From Tissierellaceae bacterium (GTDB taxonomy: Bacteria; Bacillota; Clostridia; Tissierellales; Tissierellaceae), in NCBI GenBank assembly GCA_029257065.1, contig JARIDA010000013.1:1-63625 (forward strand): a stretch of 63,625 bases of DNA, in the 5' to 3' direction. This document shows positions 56,822 through 63,625 of the stretch, piece after piece (within the stretch, counting starts at the first letter, position 1; each line of letters opens with the position of its first letter). Made by a program: the position numbers and the translations under genes. The notes beneath the pieces are model-generated. The model did not search any database, was not told where the DNA came from, and saw nothing but the letters and a program-made list of their open reading frames with translations.

Positions 56822-58243
56822 CTAAAAACTGGACAATCCAGTTTTCTCCTGAATATAATACATTATCTTTTTAAATAGAGATCCATCCTCATAGGCTTGA
56901 AAATCCAAAGTATATTCTCCATCCTGATTATTCCATATTCGATTAAAATATTTCTCTAAAGCAACTGACTGAAGGTCATCTTCTGAAAGAACAACTCTTA
57001 AATTAGTCTCTAAATTGTAATCCTGAACATTTCTCCTAGTAAGATTTGCCGATCCACCAATTAAAATTGTCTCATCTTCTCTTATAAACAAAGACATTTT
57101 AGTATGAAACTGTTCACCCTGTGTATTGTACCAACGGATTTGAATCATTCCATCTGAATCATTGATCAATTTATACCCAACTGGTCTATTAGGAATACCA
57201 TTTTTTTCTATTCCAAAAGCATCCTTATTAGCATCTAGTATTATTTTTATCTCTACACCTCTATGGCTAGCAGATATAAGCTCCTTCACTATATCAAAAT
57301 CTGCTAAATAAAACATGGCCATATTAATTTTATGCCCTTCTCCAGTGTTCTGAATCTCTTTTATCAAAGAATCCTTAATCTCTCCTTCAGTTATAATTCC
57401 TACTTTTACTTTATTTTCAACTTTAGACTTAGATTCTAAAGCAAGCTCTTCTCCTCCTGAAAATCTTATCACTGCATTTTCAGACTCTAAAAGATCATTA
57501 ATAACCTCTCCCTTAACAGATAGAGCTATATTTGAATGATTGCTACTGGCATCATGCAGGTTAAAGGATGTTACCAAGGCTTCTTTTTCCGTAATAACAA
57601 CTTTTCTATGATTGGCCTTCATATTCAATATTTTTAAATAGGAAGCTAGTGTTACCTTAGGAGAATCTGGACTAAAAGGATTTGGCAACCAACCTTTTCC
57701 ACTTGTTTCTATTCTTCTAAAAAATGTTCTCCAAATACCTGAATAGGCTGGATTTGGGTCTCTTATCTTCTCTAAATCTGTTATAACAATTTGAATATCC
57801 TCATCTCTCATTCTTTCCAAATACTCAGAAGTATAGGATCCATAAAAAGTATTGATCTCATCTGTGATAAAAGTGATTTCCATTTTTGGATTAGCTCTCT
57901 TTTTCTCTAATATAGCTTCTGTTAATCTATTTGAAATATCTTCGAAATTATTTTTTCTATCATAATCATCATTAAACAGAAACATATCTATAAGTATAAA
58001 ATCCTCAGCCTCTTCCACCATGGATACTATTTTAGGAAAAATATTCTTTTCATGAATAGCTGAACCATCTCTTTCATAGGTTAAGTCATATATAAATTCA
58101 AATTCTGAATCTCTCATTTCACCTTTTTTTGAAACTCCTCTAGGATTTTGAGTTTTAATTCCATTATAAGTAATAACAGCAAGTAAAATAATAACTGTCA
58201 TTGAAAGTGTTGTTTTCATTTTTCTATCCTCTTTTGACCCCAT
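56822..58243 (-). CDS. phospholipase D family protein (two HKD-like motifs) with N-terminal membrane anchor
   Basis: 473 aa. TM near the N-terminus. HRKVVITEKEALVTSFN and HTKMSLFIREDETILIGGSANL. Confidence 0.75.
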   Translation of the reverse strand: MGSKEDRKMKTTLSMTVIILLAVITYNGIKTQNPRGVSKKGEMRDSEFEFIYDLTYERDGSAIHEKNIFPKIVSMVEEAEDFILIDMFLFNDDYDRKNNFEDISNRLTEAILEKKRANPKMEITFITDEINTFYGSYTSEYLERMRDEDIQIVITDLEKIRDPNPAYSGIWRTFFRRIETSGKGWLPNPFSPDSPKVTLASYLKILNMKANHRKVVITEKEALVTSFNLHDASSNHSNIALSVKGEVINDLLESENAVIRFSGGEELALESKSKVENKVKVGIITEGEIKDSLIKEIQNTGEGHKINMAMFYLADFDIVKELISASHRGVEIKIILDANKDAFGIEKNGIPNRPVGYKLINDSDGMIQIRWYNTQGEQFHTKMSLFIREDETILIGGSANLTRRNVQDYNLETNLRVVLSEDDLQSVALEKYFNRIWNNQDGEYTLDFQAYEDGSLFKKIMYYIQEKTGLSSF

Positions 58244-58257
58244 ATTTTCTCCCCCTG

Positions 58258-59439
58258 TTAACTGTTAAGATAGTCCACTGTTGCTTGAACCATAATTGCT
58301 ACACCTTTCCATATTTCTGATTCATCTAAATCGAATTTTGGATTGTGATGAGGATAAACCACTCCATCAATTTTTCCTAAATTAGAAAGATAGAAAAAAG
58401 TTCCTGGAACCTCTCTTAAAAAGAAGGACATATCCTCTGCACCCATGGAAGGTTTCTCCAATATTTGAATATTATCTCTTCCAATAATCTTCTCAGCTGA
58501 TTGGATAAATTCTTCAGTAACTTCCCTCGTATTTACTAAGGATGGATATCTTTTGATATATTCGTACTCATAAGCAGCCCCTCTTGCCAAGCTAATCCCC
58601 TGAACTACTTCTCCAATTCTCTTTTCAACTCTTTTTCTAGTCTCTTCATTTGTGGTTCTAACAGTTCCCTCTAATTCTGCAAAATTAGGTATAATATTAT
58701 GAGTTGTTCCACCATCTATTCTAGTCACAGAAATTACTGTTGGTTCCACCGGATCTATTTCCCTACTAACTATTCCCTGAATAGACATGGCTATCTCTGC
58801 TGCGGTTAAAATAGGATCAATAGAATTATGCGGATATGCAGCATGGGAACCCTTTCCCTTTATTTTTATTTTAATAGAATCTACAGCTGCCATCATGGTT
58901 CCATAATTCACCCCAATATTCCCTAAAGGAATACCACCATCCATGTCCCCCATATGCATTCCAAAAATCCTGTCCACCTTTGGATTTTCCAAAGCTCCCT
59001 CATCTATCATGGGTTTAGCTCCACCAGGAGATTCTTCTCCAGGTTGAAAAAGTAATTTTATATTTCCCTTAAAAGCATCTCTATTGTCATTCAACACTTT
59101 AGCAGCTCCTAAAAGAGCAGCCGTGTGTCCATCATGTCCACAAGCATGCATACATCCATTCTCCGACGCAAAGTGAAGCCCTGTCTCTTCTTCTATCTCC
59201 AGCGCATCCATATCCCCTCTTAATGCAACTGTCTTGCCTTCTTCACTACCTTTAATTATACCAACTACTGCATTTCCATCTATTAGGGTATAGTATTCTA
59301 TTCCCATAAAATCCAATTGTTCTTTAACAAATCTAACAGTCTTAGGTAATGTCAGTCCCATTTCTGGAATCCTGTGAAGTTCTCTTCTAAAATCTATAAT
59401 TTCTCTTTCTATCTTTTTAACACTTTTAACAATATCCAT
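58258..59439 (-). CDS. M20D family amidohydrolase (N-acyl-L-amino acid amidohydrolase/hippurate hydrolase type)
   Basis: 393 aa. RRELHRIPE, MHACGHDGH, LFQPGEE. Confidence 0.88.
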   Translation of the reverse strand: MDIVKSVKKIEREIIDFRRELHRIPEMGLTLPKTVRFVKEQLDFMGIEYYTLIDGNAVVGIIKGSEEGKTVALRGDMDALEIEEETGLHFASENGCMHACGHDGHTAALLGAAKVLNDNRDAFKGNIKLLFQPGEESPGGAKPMIDEGALENPKVDRIFGMHMGDMDGGIPLGNIGVNYGTMMAAVDSIKIKIKGKGSHAAYPHNSIDPILTAAEIAMSIQGIVSREIDPVEPTVISVTRIDGGTTHNIIPNFAELEGTVRTTNEETRKRVEKRIGEVVQGISLARGAAYEYEYIKRYPSLVNTREVTEEFIQSAEKIIGRDNIQILEKPSMGAEDMSFFLREVPGTFFYLSNLGKIDGVVYPHHNPKFDLDESEIWKGVAIMVQATVDYLNS

Positions 59440-59502
59440 TGTAAGTATCCACCTTTCTTTTAGAAAAATTATATCATATATCTCTCCTATTTTCCCTTAT
59501 AT

Positions 59503-59540
59503 TAAAAAAAATAGGAACAGTAGATATCTACTGTTCCTAA
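59503..59540 (-). terminator. terminator after the MATE gene
   Basis: TAGGAACAGTAG-ATAT-CTACTGTTCCTA followed by TTTTTTTT on the minus strand. Confidence 0.8.
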
Positions 59541-59545
59541 AAGTT

Positions 59546-61009
59546 CTATTCTTTTATATCTCTTAAATTCTTTAAATACTCTCTTTCCTTCATATTCTTC
59601 TCTTCAACTGCAATTTCCTTTTTAATTGTATGTGCAAATACAACAGTTAAAAGAATTGAAAGCATATCTGCCACTGGTTGTGCAGTCATAATACCTGCTA
59701 AACCTGCTGGCATTTCATATGGGAAAAGATTAATCACAAATGATAATTGTGCACTGAATTTTTCAAACATTCCTGGAAATATAATCAGCAGTGGAATAAA
59801 AAATACTCCTTGTCTTACAATAGCAAGAACTGCTGCCTGTTTTCCCTTTCCAAAACTTTGAAATAATCCTGTATTTATCATCATATATCCAATCAATGGA
59901 AGAAAAATATTATAGGCCAGTAAATTGTTTACTCCATATTCAATTACCTTTTGATCCTTTGTAAATATCATCATCAGTTTCTCTGGGAAAAGTAAGAAAC
60001 CAATCATGGATATAAGTCCAAAAGACATTAACCATTTTGTGGATATACTAAGACCTTCCCTAACTCTTTCGTAATTTCTAGCTCCATAGTTAAAGCCTGC
60101 AAAAGGTTGAAAACCTTGATTATAACCCATCATTACAAATAATGGTAACATGGTTATCTTAAGTGTAATTCCAATTGCTGCCAGTGCATCTTCTCCATAG
60201 GCTGAAGCTGCTACATTTTGAATACTAAATGCCATTGAAGATAAAAACTGCATAAAGAACACTGGAAGCCCAATTTTGAAAATCTCTATATATATATCAC
60301 TTTTTCTACTAATATTTGATCTACTCATATTTAAATAGGAATTTTTCCCTACAAAATATCTTAAAAGATAAATTGAAGAAACTGCTTGACCTAAAACTGT
60401 AGCTATTGCAGCACCCTGAAGTCCTAAACCAAATGTAAACATGAATATTGGGTCAAAAATTATATTTAAAACTGCACCAATTATAAGTGCATTCATACTA
60501 TATTTTGCATTTCCCTCTGCTCTTACAATATTATTCAAAGTCATATTGATAATTGTAAAAATACTACCACCAATTATCCAAGTTGAATAACTCTTACCTG
60601 GTTTTAATACAGATTCTGTTGCACCCATCATCTTTAAAATAGGTTCTATAAAAATCAAAACTAATATAGTAACCAGTACAGCTGAAATTATTGATAAGAA
60701 AAGTGCTGTAGATGCTGTCTTATCAGCCTGTTCCTTTTTCTCTGCACCTAAACTTCTAGAAATATAAGAAGCTGAACCTACTCCAATCATTTGTCCAATT
60801 GCTGTAATTATCATAAACAATGGAAATGCTACGGACACAGCACCCATTGCAGCTGTATCATTCAACATACCTACAAATAGTGTATCTACAAAATTATAAA
60901 TAGCATTTATTATTGTAGCTATTATAGTTGGAATTGCCAAGGTTAACAAGGCTTTTTTAATCGGCCCTTCCGCCATTAATTTTGCTCTTTCACTACCAGA
61001 ACTGCTCAT
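59546..61009 (-). CDS. MATE family efflux transporter
   Basis: 487 aa, 12 TM. LAIPTIIATIINAIYNFVDTLFVG N-terminus. Confidence 0.88.
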   Translation of the reverse strand: MSSSGSERAKLMAEGPIKKALLTLAIPTIIATIINAIYNFVDTLFVGMLNDTAAMGAVSVAFPLFMIITAIGQMIGVGSASYISRSLGAEKKEQADKTASTALFLSIISAVLVTILVLIFIEPILKMMGATESVLKPGKSYSTWIIGGSIFTIINMTLNNIVRAEGNAKYSMNALIIGAVLNIIFDPIFMFTFGLGLQGAAIATVLGQAVSSIYLLRYFVGKNSYLNMSRSNISRKSDIYIEIFKIGLPVFFMQFLSSMAFSIQNVAASAYGEDALAAIGITLKITMLPLFVMMGYNQGFQPFAGFNYGARNYERVREGLSISTKWLMSFGLISMIGFLLFPEKLMMIFTKDQKVIEYGVNNLLAYNIFLPLIGYMMINTGLFQSFGKGKQAAVLAIVRQGVFFIPLLIIFPGMFEKFSAQLSFVINLFPYEMPAGLAGIMTAQPVADMLSILLTVVFAHTIKKEIAVEEKNMKEREYLKNLRDIKE

Positions 61010-61154
61010 TTAATCATCTCCTAAATCCTCTTTAAAACTTTTCTACGCTAACCTTATATAGTATAATGCTTATTCCAATTTTTCTCAAGTCTTTTTAAAA
61101 ACAAATTTTTCCCATATGATATAAAAAATTCCTCTCTCAAGAGATTTTAAATTA

Positions 61155-61847
61155 TTAAACTAAATTAGCAAATTGCATTAAGACATAATATATTAGGGGA
61201 ATAAATATAGCTGGTATAATATTAGCCACTCTAATAGTTTTAAATTCCAAAAGATTTATTCCTATTGCCAGAATTAATACTCCACCAACTGCAGACATTT
61301 CATTCACTATTTCAGGAGTTAAAAATCTTCCAATACCAGTTGCAGCCATGGTAATAATACCTTGATAGACAAAAATTGTGATCCCAGAAAAGGCAACACC
61401 AATTCCCAAATTAGAAGCTAATAGAAGACACAATACTCCATCTAATAGAGATTTAACAAACATAGTTGTGTGATCCCCATAAATTCCCGATTCAATACTA
61501 CCTACAATAGACATGGCTCCAGCACAAGTTACAAGAGAGGCAGTTACAAATGCACTGGAAAATTGATTGTCACCTTTTCCAAATTTATCTTGAAGATTAT
61601 TTCCAAGTCGATCCAATTTATTTTGAATATTAACAGTTTCTCCAATAATAATTCCAATTACAATACTCACAACCAAAAGCAATACATTTTCAGATTTAAC
61701 ACCAGAAGCAATTCCAAGAATCATAAGAGATAGACCCATTCCATCCATCAGAGTGTCTCTGGCATTCTTTTTAATTCTTTGACCAATTACCAATCCAAAC
61801 AATGCTCCAATAATTACTGCCAGACTATTCACTACAGTTCCAATCAC
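61155..61847 (-). CDS. DUF554 family membrane protein (tandem copy 1)
   Basis: 230 aa. MIGTVVNSLAVIIGALFG..., DGMGLSLMILGI, SAVGGVLILAIGINLLE. Confidence 0.8.
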   Translation of the reverse strand: MIGTVVNSLAVIIGALFGLVIGQRIKKNARDTLMDGMGLSLMILGIASGVKSENVLLLVVSIVIGIIIGETVNIQNKLDRLGNNLQDKFGKGDNQFSSAFVTASLVTCAGAMSIVGSIESGIYGDHTTMFVKSLLDGVLCLLLASNLGIGVAFSGITIFVYQGIITMAATGIGRFLTPEIVNEMSAVGGVLILAIGINLLEFKTIRVANIIPAIFIPLIYYVLMQFANLV

Positions 61848-61872
61848 ATAATCACTCTTTTCATTTTATTTT

Positions 61873-62565
61873 TTAAGCAAAAATGGTTAAATTAACCACA
61901 AAATAATAAATTATAGGAATAATAATTCCTGGAAGCATATTACCAATTCTTATCTTCTTTAATTCTAATAAATTTACTCCTATGGCTAAAATCAATGTTC
62001 CACCTACTGCAGACATTTCAATTATAACTTCTGGAGTTAAAAGGCTTACAGCACTATTAGCTAAAATTGTAATAATACCTTGATATATAAATACTGGAAT
62101 TGCAGCAAATAAAACCCCTACTCCTAATGTAGATGATAGAAGTAGAGATGTAATCCCATCTAATATAGATTTTACATATAGTGTCGTATAGTCCCCATGA
62201 ATACCTGCTTCAATACTTCCTACTACTGCCATAGCTCCAATACAAAATATTAAAGAAGCTGTTACAAATGACTTGGAGAATTGACTATCACTCTTTCCAA
62301 GTCTCTTTTGAAGATCATTACCTAGTGCATCTAATCTATCTTCAATCTCAATAATCTCACCTACTATAGAACCAAGAACAATACTAACCACCAATAAAAG
62401 TACATTCTCCGACTTAATTCCAGATGTAATACCTATAATCATTACAGACAGACCAATTCCATCCATAAGAGTATTCCTAGAATCTTCTCTAATTCCCTTT
62501 CTAAGTATTAATCCAAACAATCCTCCTATTATAATTGCAATACTATTCACTACAGTTCCCAGCAT
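61873..62565 (-). CDS. DUF554 family membrane protein (tandem copy 2)
   Basis: 230 aa, colinear with and about 60% identical to copy 1. Confidence 0.8.
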   Translation of the reverse strand: MLGTVVNSIAIIIGGLFGLILRKGIREDSRNTLMDGIGLSVMIIGITSGIKSENVLLLVVSIVLGSIVGEIIEIEDRLDALGNDLQKRLGKSDSQFSKSFVTASLIFCIGAMAVVGSIEAGIHGDYTTLYVKSILDGITSLLLSSTLGVGVLFAAIPVFIYQGIITILANSAVSLLTPEVIIEMSAVGGTLILAIGVNLLELKKIRIGNMLPGIIIPIIYYFVVNLTIFA

Positions 62566-62649
62566 TTAATCACTCTCTTCATTTTTATTTATATTAACCT
62601 TATATATTATAATTGCATTTTTGATTATTCACAAGTTTTAAACATAAAT

Positions 62650-62686
62650 AAAAACAAACCTCTGAAAAGAGATTTGTTTTTTGATA
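62650..62686. terminator. terminator-like hairpin (one mismatch) flanked by A/T runs
   Basis: AAACAAACCTCT-GAAA-AGAGATTTGTTT followed by TTT. Confidence 0.55.
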
Positions 62687-62717
62687 TAATAATTCAAGTA
62701 AATAATTTTCTGTATTA

Positions 62718-63022
62718 TTAAAGTTCCGTATATTTTTTATTACTATTCTTACTTTTATATATTGGATATTTTTCTTTATTTTTTTTAAGTTTCTCTATAA
62801 TAATTTGTTCTAAATCTAACTCTAAATCATCAGTTAACATTAGTAAATATATAAAACAGTCTGCGATTTCATCTTTCACTCCATTCTTTTAGGTAATCTA
62901 TATGATTCACCTACATATATATCTTTACTATTGAATAATATATAAACCATTGGCAAATTCAAAGAATTATTTAATTCATTTAATTCATCTGGTCTCAATT
63001 TAAACTCTCTCATTTCCAACAT
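62718..63022 (-). pseudogene. broken gene mosaic: 48-aa GIY-YIG-like N-terminal fragment plus an out-of-frame MazG-like C-terminal fragment
   Basis: Frame 1 (63022..62876, RBS AAAGGAGAA): MLEMREFKLRPDELNELNNSLNLPMVYILFNSKDIYVGESYRLPKRME*. A second frame (about 62880..62718) reads VKDEIADCFIYLLMLTDDLELDLEQIIIEKLKKNKEKYPIYKSKNSNKKYTEL* with no start or RBS of its own. Confidence 0.5.
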
Positions 63023-63068
63023 TGTAATTCTCCTTTTAAAGAAGAAGTTTTTTAACAAATTTAATACT

Positions 63069-63625
63069 CTAGATCTGGCTTGATATTTTATGAAATCTTT
63101 CTAATATCTCATAACTAACGCCCTTCTTTTTATCTAAATAAGCTTCTAGAACAGAATCAAAATCAACTTGATATATAAATATATCCCCAATTTCATTTTC
63201 TACATTTTCAAACTCATGAATTCCAATTTTTCTTATAATTTTACCTTCTAGGTCGTTAGGTAATAAGAATATATTTTTTATATCTTCTAGTTTATACTTG
63301 TTTTTATCGTTAAACTCTTTGCTTAGAAAAAATCTATAAAGAATCTGCTTCGTAATATCACCACTTGCTGGCATATTTTTATTTATATGTGGTAAATAAT
63401 TTTTTGCATCTATTATATATAGTTTTCCCTTATATTCTCTTATTAAGTCTGGTATTATACTTATTCCTGAAGGATTATAGCTTTCATCTTCAATTTCTAG
63501 ATTATATCTTCCCTTTGGAAAGCAATTATTAAATTCATGATATTGATCATCTAAAATATTCTTTAACATATGCTCCCATAAATTGTTTAGATTTTCTAAA
63601 TAGTGTAAGTTTAAATCCGTTTCCT
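63069..63625 (-). CDS. C-terminal part of a PD-(D/E)xK nuclease (McrC/LlaJI-like), N-terminus outside the window
   Basis: The reading frame stays open from 63625 (ETDLNLHYLENLNNLWEH precedes the first Met of the track ORF). Core IIPDLIREYKGKLYIIDAKNY...DITKQILY. Confidence 0.6.
   Translation of the reverse strand, partial: ETDLNLHYLENLNNLWEHMLKNILDDQYHEFNNCFPKGRYNLEIEDESYNPSGISIIPDLIREYKGKLYIIDAKNYLPHINKNMPASGDITKQILYRFFLSKEFNDKNKYKLEDIKNIFLLPNDLEGKIIRKIGIHEFENVENEIGDIFIYQVDFDSVLEAYLDKKKGVSYEILERFHKISSQI

Noticed and set aside
62876-63058. Track ORF start at 63058 (MLKNFFFKRRIT...)
   Set aside because: The TTG at 63058 has no RBS. The ATG at 63022 follows AAAGGAGAA with a 6-nt spacer, so the shorter 48-aa reading is used. 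The locus is treated as a gene fragment.
1-63625. Search for CRISPR arrays, IS elements/transposases, integrases, and rRNA or tRNA genes
   Set aside because: I saw no regularly spaced direct repeats, no transposase- or integrase-like ORFs and no cloverleaf-sized GC-rich islands in the intergenic regions. The only structured RNAs I could support are the three T-box leaders and the THF riboswitch.

Overview
This is a very AT-rich, Firmicutes/Clostridia-type chromosomal segment with about 65 genes, and all but three lie on the minus strand. All calls rest on motif recognition, gene order and manual translation; no database search was run.

Gene content, by coordinate:
- 0.3-4.9 kb: asnS with a T-box leader, rarA, an Orr-like PLP racemase and nrdR.
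- 4.9-18.9 kb: a complete Bacillus-style dcw cluster. In transcription order on the minus strand it runs mraZ-rsmH-ftsL-pbp-murE-mraY-murD-ftsW-murG-divIB, then two DUF881 genes, sbp and ftsZ. There is no ftsA or murB.
- 19-27 kb: lgt, an active/inactive M16 peptidase pair, pduL-deoC and aroC-aroB-aroA.
- 27-48 kb: housekeeping and transport genes. These include divergently transcribed parE/parC, brnQ, tpx, an aldehyde dehydrogenase, an MFS transporter and an amino-acid ABC transporter.
- 48-63.6 kb: a more accessory stretch.

Cis-regulatory RNAs: a textbook THF riboswitch precedes folT. There are three T-box leaders. One, with a GAA-CAC-A (His) specifier context, precedes the amino-acid ABC transporter.

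Most interesting items in the accessory stretch:
- A self-contained operon of a 10-TM transporter plus two tandem ~360-aa paralogs of unassigned function, one with a degraded conserved block.
- A 753-aa UvrA paralog lacking the UvrB-binding domain.
- Two tandem transporter duplications (EamA/DMT and DUF554).
- At the window edge, a truncated McrC/LlaJI-like PD-(D/E)xK nuclease followed by broken GIY-YIG-like and MazG-like gene debris.

I saw no rRNA, tRNA, CRISPR array or IS element.
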